This document shows positions 20,126 to 46,570 of a stretch of 64,000 nt of DNA, piece after piece; positions within the stretch are counted from its first letter, which is position 1; the number at the start of each line of letters is the position of its first letter. Where the stretch lies: NCBI RefSeq assembly GCF_009914755.1, contig NC_060936.1. The stretch is one strand, 5' to 3'. The notes beneath the pieces are model-generated. The model searched no databases. It had not been told where the DNA came from and was given only the letters and a program-made list of their open reading frames with translations. A program made the position numbers and the translations under genes. Source of the stretch: the human T2T-CHM13v2.0 reference genome, Homo sapiens.

Positions 20126-23100
20126 CACATGTGCCTGCTGCCTGGTCCCATGCTCCACCCCATCCCGCGCTCACAGGAACAGTCCAGCCACGTGAGTTTT
20201 CCCAGTGATGAGAGTGGAAGGAATGGCAAGAGCTGATGGCACAGCTGCAGGCTGTGGTCCCTGCGAGGACATGGCGCTATGGCACGAGGCCGAGACAGCC
20301 CATGTGTCTGCAGCTGGGGTCATTATCACCCTCACTGCCGGCCATAACGTACTCATGGCCAAGAGGCCCAGTGGCACCATTCCTTGCCGCCTTTTTGCTT
20401 ATAATGTCTCCGCTCTCATCAGTGATATCTAGAAAAAGACACCCTCTTATTTCCCACCCTTTTCGATCCTTTGGGTCCCACTGTGTCAGCGACAAATGAC
20501 ACTGGAGGATGACCCTGTACAGACCCCAGAGATGCCTCCCAGGGGTCCCCAGGCAGCGCTCTCCCACGGCACCCCGTAGTACCTCAGTTGTAACACGAGG
20601 GGGCAGCGCTGAGATATGCGTGTGCTTTCAGGCTCAAAGACCCAGATTCAAATCCTGTTTGTGTCACTTACTGCGTGACTGCAGAGGAATTAATTCACCT
20701 TCCTGAGCTGCAGTCTCCTCTTCCATAAATTGAGAATAATATTAGAACCTGCCTCGTGCTGTTATTTGGAGGCATCAAGGTTCACAGTATACAGCAGGTG
20801 CTTACTAAGTGTTAACTATTCTCCTTATCATATATGTGTCCAGCTTTCCTAGGAGATGTGAAATGCACCAGGCCTCGGACTAAATCATACTAAATTCGTA
20901 TACCCAGAACCTGGTACACAGTAGGCACCTAATAATTGTTGAATATTAGAAATAAGACTCAGCAGCAAAAACGGGAGGAAAGGTTATTGGAGCAAAAAGA
21001 TACTTCATCAGTGAGACCCCCCTTCCATGCACATCTTGTGTTGTTTACTCAGATAGCATTTATTGAGTGCCTACTGTGTGCCCGGCACTTGCTGGACACT
21101 GGGAACACAGCTGTGACCCTACAAACACAGACATGGGCCCAGCCCTCAGAAGCTTACCTTTGAGTGGCAGAAGTGACCAGATCATCGGTCACATAGCCTG
21201 TCATCACAGTCACAGGGGGACACCAGCATGTCTAGTGCTTGGGGGTACAGACAGGCAGGAAGACAAAGGGAAACAGAAGGGTCTTACGGCCCCCCACTTG
21301 GAAACGAGCCCTCATTTTGGGGGGTGTTCTTATGGGACCCTCATCTTTCTGGAGAGAAGACTGTTAAAACAGTCACAGGCCAGGGGCCACTCAAGGTCCC
21401 AAGATTGCTGTGGAACCTTCTGGAAGGTCCATATACCCTCTCTCCTCTTTCCCCAAAGCCCGGGAGCAGGAAGGTCATTCCAAGCCCAGTGCTGACTCCA
21501 GGAGTCTGATTTCCCAACTCTCCTCCCCAGAAATGCAGGGGCGGGAGAGCTGTCCCCAGCTGTCACCGACTTAGAGAACAAGGAGCCTTAACTGATGGAG
21601 ACGTACCATACGAACAGCCCCTTTAGGGCCTCTAATTCATTTTCGAGACATTTAAGCATAACAAAATGTTTTAATGATTTCTTAGGGGAATTAGGAAGAC
21701 ATATTTTTGTTCTCATTAAATTTTATCCTCAGACACAAGAACCAAATGTCAAATGTGTGTTGGGCGCTTCCAGCTTCCCCGCTCACTGCCGGCCCCCCAG
21801 CTCCAACCCCCTCCATAAAAATAACACTCCTGGAAAATTCGCTGGGACGCGCACACTCCTGTTTTTATATTTCTTGACAGGCAAATTATTTGTCGAAATA
21901 CTCCTCCCCGCCACCCGAAGCCACACAAGTCCTGATTCAACATTTTTGTTTTGAGTGACTGCTGCCAACACAGATCTTTGGCAGAGAATACGACAGAGCC
22001 TGATGGCTCAGCAAGTATTTTGATAAGTGTGCAGCCTGGATGTCTGTAATTACGAAAGAAAACCGTAAATCTTTTGGATATTGTTCACACAGATGTGGCG
22101 TGAAGTGAGAAAAAAAAAGCAGTAAAACGTGTTAAAAGCATAATTAATGTCATTGTTGTGGGTGATGATGTGATTTAAACCTCTCTGACTTCTGTATTGG
22201 TGATGGCTGATTCCTTTATCGCACTCGTAGAGTCACTAGGTACGGACCCAAGCTTCAGAAGGCTAACTTGTTAACTGAGTGATTAGTTAAAAGGAAAAAA
22301 AAAAAAAAAACAAGGAACGAGGAAATGAGAGGGCAGGCAGATGAACATTGCTGAGGAGATAAGAGACAGGTGAGTGCCCCAAAATGTTGTTTTCTACTGT
22401 GCTTTGGTTTTTACAAATCTGATGCAGATTTGCAATTCCTGGCAGACATTTCTCACCTTGCTCCTTCTCTTGGGGGGGAGGCTGATCAGGAAGGTGCTCA
22501 GTGCCCAGGCTATAGAGGTTGACACACCTGGGTGGAACTCTCAGTTTGGTGTTTTGTGCTGTGTGACCTTGGCCAGGGGCTTTAACCTCTCTGAGCTCTG
22601 GTTTCTGTGTCTTTAGAAGAGGGATAGTAATAGAACCTACTCAGGGGTGGACGTGAGGATTCGCTACGCTGTACATGAAAGCATTCCGCAGGGCTGAGTA
22701 ATCAGCAGCCCATTGACATCAGGGTATAACAGTTATAGGAGTGACAAGCGTCTGCTATTGATTCTACGAGGTTCGGTCTGTTGTCAGGGACATTGGATAA
22801 GCAGTGGTGCAGGCAACAGGGTTCCTGAGCCTATAGAATAGGAAAATGCTCTACAACGTTTAAAATTTTTAAATTTGTCTCCTCGATTATAAAAGTAGCA
22901 TATGCATGCTGTCAACTTCAGAAAATAGAGAGAAACAGAAAGAGGGAAAACGACCAGCTAGAAAAGCATTTTGTTGTTTTTCTTTTCCGTGATTTTTCCC
23001 TGTGTACTTTTTCAAAACAGTTGCTGATTCTACATGTACCGTTTTGAATTGTTTCCTTTATCTGACATGAAGCACTCATATTTCCCTGTGTGATTACAGA

Positions 23101-23863
23101 TCCCAAGTAACTTTGATTCATTGTACAAGCCTAACAATCCCTTGTATAGCTGTATTGTAATTTACCTAACCCCTCTCCAACTCTGGACAGTTAAGGTGCT
23201 TGGGAACACATCCCCTATTGGTACTGTGCTGTACCAAGAAGAAAATTTGGGAAGGAAAAGTACATTGTAGCCTTGTATTGACCACAAACCCCAGGATCAG
23301 TGACCAGAATAAGAATGTTTTTCTCCTTGCTGATTTTATATTGCAGTCCTTTACTTACTAGTTCACTAAATATCTTTTCATATGTTATAAAGCATTCATA
23401 TTTATACTTTTAGAAATCTCTGGTTTATGTCTCCTTAGCCCAGAGAGTGGATTTTTTCTACCAGAGAGTAGATTATTTTCTTATTGATTTGTAGACACTC
23501 TTTGTATATGGGGGATATTAACCTTTGTCCAGGTATACATGTTTCATATATTCTCCCCTGGTTTGCCTTTTGTTTCTCAACTTAGTGTGTAATGTCTCTT
23601 GTCTATTGTATGTAGCAGGTATTCAAAAAAATATTTGCAGAAAGCAAGAAATCTTAGCAAATCTTTGCTTTGTAGCTTCTGAATATCCGGTCCTGTTTTT
23701 AAAAATCTTTCTCGCCTCAAGGGTATAAGGAGTTTTTTTAGTACTTTTGTGATCTTAATTTTTAAACATTTACATTTGAACCAGCTGAAATATAATAGAT
23801 ATTGATAGAAGTAGCAGGGGAGGTGAAGCATTTAGCTTTGTTTTTGTCCCAAATAACTCGTTT

Positions 23864-23882
23864 CAGTGCCATCTAGTGGATA
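23864..23882 (-). promoter_or_regulatory. CTCF-like motif
   Basis: The reverse complement reads CCACTAGATGGCACTG, matching the CCASYAGRKGGCRS consensus. Confidence 0.55.
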
Positions 23883-24135
23883 AGCCACCTGCACAGCTAC
23901 AGGAAATAGAGATTTTCTACGATTAGAAAGTGTTGTCTGTGCTAACCTTCCCTCCTTCCCTCCTCCTCTCCCTCCTCCATGCCCACGCTTCTGCTCAGTT
24001 AGTCCCATAATGGTCAGTGGAACACTGAAGGTTAGCATAAAACAGTATTTCACCCGTTAAAAAAGGAAAAACTTAACAATGTCAATTTTCCTGAAGATGA
24101 CAGTTAACTTTATTATTATTATTATTATTTTCTGA

Positions 24136-24243
<108 letters not shown>

Positions 24244-27200
24244 TAGCTGGGATTACAGGCACATGCCACTACACCCAGCTAATTTTGTATTTTTAGTAGA
24301 GACAAGGTTTCACCATGTTGGTCAGGCTGGTATCGAACTCCCGACTTCAGGTGATCCACCTGCCTCGGCCTCCCAAAGTGTTGGGATTACAGATGTGAGC
24401 CACCACACCCAGGTGACAGCTAACTTTAGAAGGCAGTGTCGCACCATTTCCTGCCACACCTCTGCCCATGCCGTTTCCTCAGCCAGGAGCACCCTTTCCC
24501 CATGACCCCCTGGCTAAACTTTGCTCCTCCCAGCAGCTCAGGGTTGGAGAGCGGACTGAATGAAAGCATCCAGCCGGGTGCTGCTGCCTGGGAGGTGTTC
24601 AGTAAAGGCCAGTCCCTTTCAGAAGGGAGGACAGGCATTCGAGCCGTGGCGTCTCATTAGCTTATGCTCTGAGTGCTTGCTATGTGCCTAGCCCTGTGGG
24701 AACTCAAGCTCAAGTCCAGGCCTGCCCTTGGAGACTCTCGGGTTCAGCAAGGACAACATGACCCAAAGACAGACAACCAGAATACACAACAGAAAGCAGG
24801 CTTCAAGGAAGGATGGCTGGCAGAGGCCTCAGAGAGGGAGGCCTTTGGACCTGGTTTTAAAGGTTGAAGTGCCACCATGTGGAGGTCATTTCTGGGGTAC
24901 TTTCTGTGTGTCAGGCAGTGTGTTCGGCCCTTACAGATACAAATTCACTGATTCCACACACACCCATACCCTGGGAGGTAGGTTCCATCATCCTTCCTCA
25001 CTGGGAAGCTGAAGAAGTACAGGCTCAGATAATTCAAGCCACTTGCCCAAGGTCACACAGCAGAGAAGTGACGGAGCCTGAATCTAGACCCGCCCCGACC
25101 CAGCTCCTACCCACTACCCCAGTTGCAAGAGGAATTTAAAAATCCAAGGAGCTTGGACAAAACCACTGGAGATTTGAGCTCTAAAAAGAGTGAAAAACAG
25201 TTAAAGGGTCTTTGCTGCCAGTAGATTGAAAAGTTCCAGGCTGGAAGGATGAAGCCTTTGCTGAAATGCAGATGTGTGCTCGAGGAAGAACAAGTGGAAC
25301 TTTCATTCTGGGGAGACAGTCACACAGCTCCCAACCTGGCAAGTGGAGGAAGAAAGGAGCAAGACTCCAGGTTGAAGAACCTCCCTGCAGAGCCAGGCCA
25401 ATCCTGTGCTGCCATTTTGCTTCCCACATCACACTTGACTTCTCCGAGCCTCAGTTTCCCCAATGTAAAATGTGGATAATGACCTCCCCTCATTATAAGG
25501 GCCATTGGATGGGTTCAGTGAGCAACAGAGAACACTAAACATGGTGCCCAGCAGTCATTGCCCCATGCAATTCATTCAGTAAATATTGAGTGCCTACTGT
25601 TTGCCAGGCACTCTGTCAGCAACAGGGGCACAATGTTGAGCAAAACAGACACCACCCCTGCCCTCCTGGAACTTTCTGTACAGCTCAGTATATAAGAACT
25701 TGATTTTTTGTTGTTGTTTTTGGGGGTTTTTTTGTTGGGTGTTTTTTGTTTTTTATATTTTTAGTAGAGACGGGATTTCACCATAGGCCAGGCTGGCCTT
25801 GAACTGCTGACCTCAGATGATCTACCCACCTCGGCCTCCCAAAGTGCTGAGATTACAGGCATGAGCTACCGCGCCTGGTGAAGAACTTTATTTTTATTGT
25901 AAGGCATGTGGGTTTGAGTCCTGGCTGTGCTATTCCCTGGCTGGGTGGCCTTGAGTAACTGGCTCAGCCAACCTCTCTGAGCAGCTGTTTCCTCCTTTGG
26001 AAAGCAGACTTACCTCCCAGTGCCACTGGGAGGGCTGAGTAAGGTGAGGACTGTAAAGTCCTTAGCTGGGTGTCTGGCACATAGTAAATGCTCAGTAAAC
26101 AGTGGCTGCTGCTGTTGGTGCTGGTGGTGGTGGTATTATTATTACCATCAGCACCCAGTGCCAAGAAAGAAGACCCTCATTCCCAGCCCTCTGTCCCTGT
26201 CCAAGCCAGGAGGAACCCCCCGCCAGCCCCACTGCCAACTGCCCCAAGAAAGGAGTGGGTAGACACATGGCTCACAGCTGCATATAAAGGCTTGGCACCC
26301 CATCTGCTATTGAAAAGTTTAGATTAAAGGATCAAAGTTAGTCTCGCTGCCACCATCAATAGCCTGAGCCTCCCACCCCCGCAGGCGCCCGGAGCCTGGG
26401 CCCAGATGGGAGAAGGCTTCTGTCTCGAAGATATTTTGGAGGGGTGCACGCATACTTCTGCATAAATGTGTTTCTAAACAGCCTCTCGGACAGCCTTTCC
26501 GGCTCTGTGTTTCCTAAAAAAGCTCCAAATGCCACTTTCCTTCAGATGGACATAGTGGGAGGATAGAGACAGCTCTAGATTCCCCAACCCCCTCCATGAT
26601 TCAAAAAAAAAAAACAAAAAAACAAAAAAAAACCACCAATAGCATCAGCTAGTGGTGAAAGATGGAATAGGCGAAGTTGTACCCACCTCCCTGACAGTGC
26701 CTTTAGAAAGCCTGGTGTGGTCTTCAGATATTATCAGTCCTTTGACTGTGTTCTCTATGGGTTTGGATCCCATGTAACCAAATGAATTAGCCATTTTACT
26801 AAGTAGTTTGTGCCCCAGAGCAGGTTGATGTGTGTCGGACAAAGGCGGGTACACTTCCCCACGGTGTCCCCCATCCCTGCACGCCCATCAGGACCTGCCA
26901 TCTCTGATGGCTCATAGTGGATCCAAGTCTGCCACTCATCAGCTCATCAGAAGGGTCTGTTGTATTTAAACACTTTAGATTTGGGGTCTGTACATCCAGG
27001 TTGGATCTGAGGCTGTTTGATCATCGTGGCCACTGCCCTGGTCTGTCTATTGACCATCTGTGTATTGTGGGAGTGAGTAGGGAAATGAAGTCCCGCTCAC
27101 ACCCCTGCGTGGGGCTGGCAGCTCTGGGCAGCCGCATGTGTCGGCTGGAAGGCTTCCGGGAGAAGTGCTGAGCCCAACAGAAACCTGCATCGCTGGCTCC

Positions 27201-28268
27201 AGGCAAGGAGCTGCACGGATGCCCTGTCACTTCTCCTGACACTAGGATACCAGGCTTGCCAGATGCTGGAGTGGGGGCATGATTTTAGAGGTCGGGGGCT
27301 TGGCAGCACCTAGTATTTCCCCAAGTGCGGAGTCCACATGATACTGGAGACAGCCTGGGTGTACCCGGACCCAAGACTGAAACTTTGAACACATTGCAGG
27401 ATGTGCGGGTGCCACCTTTCTGCTCCCCTCTGAGTAAAGCCTCAGCCAGGTACTGGAGCATCTTCAACACCTCCACGCCACCAGCTCTCCCCTTTGAACC
27501 TCAGGAGAGGCGGCCCAGGCTCAAGGTCTTGGGCAGGCCACAGGGTCTAACGAAAATTCAGATTCAGTAACATCCATTTTCTGTTTTGTTTTGTTTTTCT
27601 CCTTGCCTTTATTTTTATGGTTGAAGCACCTTCTACTTATGATACAAGATCCCGATTTTCTATTTATGAAAGTGAGATAAAACATTACTTTAAAATATAT
27701 ATATTTTTAAAAAGTGAGTCAGCCCGGGCACACTAGCTCATGCCTGTAATCAAAGCACTTTGGAAGGCTGAGGCGGGAGGATTGCTTGAGTCCAGGAGTT
27801 TGAGACCAGCCTGGGCAACACAGCAAGACTCTGTCTCTACAAAAAATTTTAAAAATAGCTGGGCATGGTGACGCGTGCCTGTAGTCCTAGCTACTTGGGG
27901 AGGCTGAGGTGGGAGGATCACATGAGCCCAAGGGGTCGAGGCTGCAGTGAGCTGCCAGGATTGCACCACTGTACTCCAGCCTGGATGACAGTGTGAAAAT
28001 GCTGTCTCAAAATAAAAATAAATAAAAAGTGAGTCACATAGGGCAGATGTCAAGTTAATCATCTTTCGGAGGCATATGGACACAGCAGAAGTTATAAAGG
28101 GAATACACCAGAGTCTGGCATTTGGGTCGCATTGGCTTGGTGGAAAGGCCTGGGTTCAAATCCACCTCTGACTTTTTCTTGCCTAGTGACCTTGAGCAAG
28201 TGGGTTCCCTCGGCTAGGCCTCAGTGTTCTCATCTGGAAAAGGGGGGTGATAGTGATAGCTCACGTAG

Positions 28269-28511
<243 letters not shown>

Positions 28512-29439
28512 TAGTCTCGAACTCCTAGACCTCGTGATCTGCCCGCCTTGGCCTCCCAAAGTGCTGGGATTACAGGCGTGAGCCACCGCACCCGGCCAGT
28601 TGTTTCCATATTTTAAGTGAGATATAGAGATATGCAAAGTGCTGGCACTTGTTGGAGGTGCGGTCAAGAAATTCCAGTTCCTCTGAGCTCTTGGCTCAGG
28701 ATATCAGGTGGGGGTCTCATCTGCCCCCTGCCCTACCCAACCTTGTGGATGTGGGGGCCCCATCTGCCCCAGGATGAATGGTTGCTGGAGTTTGAGGGAT
28801 GAAGCCCAGAAACTCACATATGGAGGGCCGCAGCCCACTCTGAACCCAGCTGCCACCCTCGGCCATAGCACCCCGCCCTCCCAGCCTGCGCAGGGAGGGG
28901 AAAGGAGATTGGCACTGGGCGTCCCCTGGGCCAGCCCCACATCCCCATCTGTGAAATGGGTTGGTCGTTATGAAGATGGAGCAAAGTTGTATTTCTGGGA
29001 CGGTAACCCCAGGGGAGGTTAGTAGGACGGTCAGCTGCCATTTCCTTATCTGATGCAAGCCGTTTCTCCTGGTATTTCCTGTGTCTAGTATACTCCCCCG
29101 CGACCCCCCTGCTAGCTGCCTCATTAGGGCTCCGCGGAGACACCACTCCCCTCACCAGGCTGCCCATTTAGCGCCACCCAGCCCACCCTCTCCCCCAGCC
29201 CTGCTTCATTTTGCTTCTGAGCCCATCTCACTCCAGTTGCCTCACCCATCCTTTGTCCATCATTCCCTCTAGAGTGTCAGCCCCAGGAGGGCAGGAATTT
29301 TCTATCATTTCCTGCTGGACCTCCACGGCCCAGAGCTTTCCCTGACACACAGCAGGCACTCGGGAAATATTTGGCAACTGAAGAAATGCTGTCAACACGT
29401 AGTGGACTGGTGGCTAAATGACGACTGCATTAGGGACTC

Positions 29440-30150
<711 letters not shown>

Positions 30151-31016
30151 GATGCCCCCATGGAAAACTCTCAAACTCTGTGGCGCCCTACCCTCTCACC
30201 CAGAGCTCTAATAATTTCATCACTTATCACACATTTCAAACAACCCACGTTAATTGAGCACCTACTATGTGAAGAGCCAGAGCAGGACCCAGGGAAGGAA
30301 GGGAAGACTCGGGAATGAAAAACAAGATTCCCTTGGTGTTCCATGGCTGTCAGGTTCTCTGAGAAACGTTTTCCAAACATTTTAAAGATTTTTTGTCATT
30401 TCTCTCTCTTTCAATTTGTGTTTGTAAGAGCAGCCAGTGACATTTAGCTGATGCATCGAATAATACCATTGGACAAAGTAAACGGGAGGCCCTCAGGTTT
30501 GCCAAGCTGCCCGGCAGAGCATTCTCCTCCATAGAAGTTGGCAGAATCCTGTAATTGTCTGGATGTTAGTAATTTTTTCCTCCCTACCCCAGCTCCCAGC
30601 AAGGTAGCTCAGGGCTCCATGAATTCCTGCCAGATAGGGAAGGTGGGAAGAAATGAGTTCCCTGTACAATGTAAAATCTGGGAACACAGCACTGTGCGCT
30701 GGGGGAGGAAACAAGGAGTGGAAAATACCCAGGGAAGTAAATGATCATCGTAGCTGTGTACTTTCTAGAGCAGCCAACTGAACCCACAGCCCAGTTCCTC
30801 AGGAGTCGGAGAGAATGAGGAGGCAGGAGGACCAGTGCCTAGGAACTGTCAGGTCCCCTTATGGCATGGGCTTGTCTCCCTGAAAGGCAAATGAAATGGG
30901 TATAGCAGGAGAGAAGTAGGTTAGACTTGAGTGAGGACTTCCTTCCTATGAGACTTGGAGCCTTGGCAGTTCCTCGGTCCTGCCTGTCTCACAGTTTGTA
31001 TTGAGTCCATTGCCAC

Positions 31017-32590
<1,574 letters not shown>

Positions 32591-33420
32591 CAGGTCCCAC
32601 CAACATTTCCTGTGTAACTCTTGAATCTGAGTGCTGCTCCCACTTCTGCCACCACTGTGACCACAGCCATCATCATGGCTGCCAGGACTCTTGCAGTAGC
32701 CGCCTATCTGACGCCCTCTACACGCCACTTTTCACAGAGCAGCCAGATGAGCCTTTGAAAAAGGCAAATTAGAATGTGTCCTCCCACTGCCCTTAGGATA
32801 AATCCCAACCCTCATCTACATTATCAACAGAGGGGCTTTGGCATCTACGTGCCACCTGTCCCCCCCATCTCCCCCAACTCCACTCCAGCCACTGGGACCT
32901 GGTGTCTTGTCCTCAGATGCCACTGAGCTTTGCACAGATTCCTTCCAGCCACCAGCCTTTTGCACAAGCGGTGCCTCCCACCTAGACCTCTCTCCCACAG
33001 ATCTTCCCTGCTTCTCAGCAGCACCCCTAGTTCCATGTCACTGAGGTCTTTCCCAATCTCCTCCCTAAGGTGAGTCGAGATCCCCCCAGGGTCGGTGTTG
33101 ATGGAAACATTCTCTATGGTCCCACTGAGCACCTTTGCAAAGGAGCAGCATCTGTCTCCCCCACTGGGAAGTCGGCTGCACAAAGACAAGGGTCTCATTT
33201 ATCTCACTCACCATCATGCCTCCCACAGACGCTCAATAAACGGGCTGAGTGAAGCAGGCGCAAGGACTCAGGTGCCCTGAGGATCTCTGCCAGCTTCAGA
33301 CTCATCACTGCAGAAATGCACCAGCACCAGTCACAGATTTCATATCCACAGACTCCTAGGGGGAGGGTCTGTGTTTGTCCTTGTTTTACAGATGGGGAAA
33401 CTGAGGCTCTGAGAAGCAAG

Positions 33421-34975
<1,555 letters not shown>

Positions 34976-35386
34976 GTCTGTTCCAGCATCGGGCAGGACT
35001 ACCCCCGCCGTGCTCAGCCATTGGAAGATGCCACACCTGGAAGGTGTCACCAATGCCTCGAGGGAGGTTTTCTCTTGAAGGGAGCTCTGAGTGGCACCTT
35101 CCACAGCTGCCACGAGTCATAATAATAAGAGCAGCACTCATTTGGAGTCCACAGATGACGGGCACTGAAGCGGGAGCTCGGCGTGCTCAGATAACCCCAG
35201 CATAACCCCATGCCGTAGGTCCTTTTGTTATCTCCCTTTTACTAATGGGGAAACTGAGGCTTGGGGACGCTAAGTGACTTTCCCTGGTGATGTTACAGCC
35301 AGGGTTTGACCTCCAGCCTCCCAGCCTGGCTTCATTTCCCTTTCTCTAAGCGTGTCTTTGGGGATTTGGGGAAGTCAGTGTTCCCC

Positions 35387-35750
35387 AATTTCTGTATTTT
35401 TAGTAGAGAGGGGTTTCACCATGTTGGTCAGGCTGGTCTCAAACTCCTGACTTCAGACAGTCTGCCCACCTCAGCCTCCTAAAGTGCTGGGATTACAGGC
35501 GTGAGCCATGGTGCCCAGCCTGTGGTATGTTTTTAATGGCAGCTGGAGCTGACCAATACACCATGCTCTGAAACTCCCCACCAGCCTGGCCGAGACTTTG
35601 TCAGAGTCGTGCTGCAGTCCGAGGCTCATCCTGTCCAATCCTCCCTCCTCCTTCCCTCCTTTCTCAGGCATCAGACCAGCACCCTGCCTCCTCTCTCTCC
35701 TTCCCCTCTTTCTTTTGTGGGCCTTTCCCTACTAAATCCCTTGCGTATCT
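35387..35750 (-). repeat. Inverted duplicate of 33461-33690 plus an Alu left arm
   Basis: The reverse complement reproduces agata(t/c)gcaagggattta...tgtattggtcagctccagct(a/g)ccattaaaaacataccaca; ORFs 33540..33740(+) and 35471..35671(-) translate near-identically. Confidence 0.93.
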
Positions 35751-38104
35751 CTTGCATCAAGTTCAACCCTGAGGGTGTCTCATAATCACCCTCCCTGATC
35801 ATCCCAGCTGTAAGGGATAGACCCAGGGCCAAAGCACCCGCCTCCATGGGATCCTGCCTCTATCTGATGACACCTAATGTTGAGTGCATGCCTAGGATAT
35901 ATTGTAATGGGCATTTGGACAGGGGAACCAGAGAATTCAGTGCATTGTCCAGGGTCACACAGCAGGCCAGCAGCAGGACCGAGGGCAGCCATACGACTTG
36001 TGCTCCTGGTCTAATAGTAAGAAGCCAGGGCCCTCATGCTCCGTCTCAAAGCAGCCTGGTCCAGGAGACAAGGCCGGGCAGGAGCACAGCAAAGCTTGGA
36101 CACGAGCATTGGTCCCTTCTGGCCTCCCTGGGAATCAGCCCATTGTTCTTTACTGAGCACTTAGGTGTACCAGGCACTGTGTTAACTGCTTTACAAAACT
36201 TAGGTTTCACATCTTCATAGTAACCTTGGTAGATGCAGTTAGTGTCACCATTTTACAGAAGGGAAAACTGAAGCTTAAAGGGCTGAAATGCTTACTTAAG
36301 ACCGCACAATGAGTAAGTGGCAGAGATGGGATTCTAACCCAGATGGCTCTGCCTACAGAGCCGCACTTTGAGCTCACCTCCCGCTTCTTGCTCTCGCTCT
36401 AATCAAACCTCTGCTCAAGTGACGCTTTCACCTCGTGCAGCTCGGAAGGGCCTCTGGTCTCTTCGCCAACCTCTCATTGTCTCAGTTAGTGAGCAGATGT
36501 TTATGAGGCACCTACTGTGTGTCAGCAAACAAGACAAACCTTAGAGCCTGTTTCCTCCTCTTTCCTTCCTGGAGGCGCACTGCAGGAGTCCACCCCTCCT
36601 GGTTGCTTCCTGGCCAGGCTGCCCTGCACCAGCCCTGTCTAAGCCACAGGGTTTCCTTTCTCCCCCAAACCTGTGACGACGTCCGGGAAAGCCCAGGGTA
36701 CACCTGGCCCTGCACCCTCCTGAGCATTCAGTCCTCAGTCTCTTTATTATTAGGCCCAATTTTTACCCAGTCTTGAAATGAACCTATATCTTAGGTCTCC
36801 TTTGGCCCAAAATCACTCATCACATGTATCCATCAGGGTTCTTTAGTGTCATGCAGCAGAAGCCAGCTCTGCAAAACTATCAGGCACGAAAGGAATTTAT
36901 TAGAAGGCAGAAGGTGGGGGAGAATGGTGAGACCACCTGGGTCAGATGGGACCAGAGCAGTGAGTAGCTGGGCCGGCTGAGGGATTCATTCAAATTCCCA
37001 GGGCAGAGCATCTGACCCTCTGCCAGGGGAAGGCGGGGCATCTTAATTGACAGCTCCATTGTATCTAAGAGAGAATGGAAATCACCCATTAGTTAGAAGG
37101 TCTAACGGCCGAGCCATGAACCACCCCACCTGCTCCCTGAAAGGACTAAGATTGACACATGTGAGAATCTTTAGGACTGAGTCCCTGAGATGTTTGACAA
37201 ATTCCTCAGGGGACTCTGATGTGCCCCTGCTTAGAGCCAGCAAGTTCTCTCAAGCACCCCATTCTGCCAAGCAGGGCCAGTGTCCCTGGATGGCAGCCCA
37301 GCCCTCCCTGCCTCACCCTGGGGAAATGACTTCACCCCAGTGCCTCCATTTTTCCGTGTGGGAAATCGGGATCCAGCAGTGCCTGCCTCCGTGTTGTGGT
37401 GAAGACTGAATGAATTCTAATCCGTGGAAAGGGCCTTGGCCGTTAGGACTCCGTTGCAGCCCGACTTTGGCCAAGGCATCTGGATGTCACCGCCACCTTC
37501 TCCCTCAAGTTGGGGAATCCGGGGCAGCACAGTGTGAGAGGAAGAGGTCTAAGGGCCCATCTCAGCCTGCCACCAACTCTCCAGCGGATTTCAGGGATAA
37601 TATCAGACCCCACTGTGTCCTGGGGTGGAAGGGATGTTGGCCAGATTGATCTGATAGATCCCTCCCCAGTGTGACTTTCTAAGCTTGAATCTTTGGGTCT
37701 CAGAGTAGAGTTAGCTCAAAGCAGGATTATTAGACTCTGGGTCTCTGAGGGACTGATGCATACAGGTGAAGCCATACCCTGTCCCGAGTTCCACAGAGCA
37801 TATCTGCCCAGACAGCCAGCGCCCAGAATGCCAGCACCTGGTGTGCTGCCTTGTCTAGGGGTGATGAAAGCACACAACGCCTAGCAAGGCCCACCCTGTG
37901 CCTGGCACTATGCAGTTCTCTGCACACCTTCTCTCCCCCAGTCCTTAACCACCCTACACATGCACCCCCATTTTACAGATGAGGAAACAGAGGCTCCAAG
38001 AGGTTAGCTTGGCCAGTTGCAGTAAGAGCTGACACCCGATCCCTAAATCACTACTGCCTCTCTCAATATCTTTTTTAAATCTTCCCAATAAGAATTCCTG
38101 GGAA

Positions 38105-42924
<4,820 letters not shown>

Positions 42925-42968
42925 TAGAGCAGAAAGTCCATGCTACTTCCTGTAAGCCAGCGGGGTGA

Positions 42969-43235
<267 letters not shown>

Positions 43236-43639
43236 TAAACAACCAGGCTGCAGATCTTCAGAGCCAAACTCAGCCAGCCTTGTTGCGGGGTGGCTGGGGC
43301 AGGGAACTGGGCAGGTGAAGGCCTTTGGTAACCATCTAGTTCCTGGGTATATATTGATCCTGGTGCTGGAAATGCAGTTAGGAGTAAAAGAGAAAAATCC
43401 TGCCCTTGTGGTGATGATCTTCTAGAAGGGGAGACTGTCAGTGAACAAATTAGTAAGACTCATAGTGTGGCAGGTGGAGAGAAAAGTCAACAGACCCGTT
43501 CAGGTTCCCACCCTCCATGGCCAGCCCCAAAGCACCCTCTGCCCCAGTGACGAATTCAGCACCAAAAGCACCCACCAAGCCCTGGGATGAGCCCTTGCCG
43601 AGCTGGACATGACGCAGGTGAGGCCAGTGATGGCTGAGT

Positions 43640-45221
<1,582 letters not shown>

Positions 45222-45630
45222 TGAGGAAGGGAAGGTGGGTGGGAGGGAGGAAGGAATGGGCAGGGCTCCTGCTGCCCCACCTGGCTGGGTCGTGGACGGG
45301 GAAAGTCTCCTACCAGAATCCAGATGCAGGCTGGAGACCGAGATGAGAAAGGGCCGAGGGCTTTGGACTCCAACCGGGTCTGGGTTCAAGTTCCACTGCA
45401 GGAACTCAGTGGCCAGCCCTGGGCAAGTCACATCATCCTCTGAGCCTCAACTTCCCTACCTGGGAAATGGGGCTAAGGGTGGTCCATTCCTCAGCATTCT
45501 CTAGAGAAACTGAACTGGTAGGATTTTTTAAATGATTAAGACATGTATTCCTAGGACTTAGCTTATGCAGTTGTGGGAGCTGCCAGGTGCAAAATTGGTA
45601 GAGCAGGAGTTGGTGCTGCAATCTTTTTAA

Positions 45631-46570
<940 letters not shown>

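Noticed and set aside
43554-43572. REST/NRSE site (ttcagcacca)
   Set aside because: Only the left half-site; no GGACAG right half at canonical spacing.
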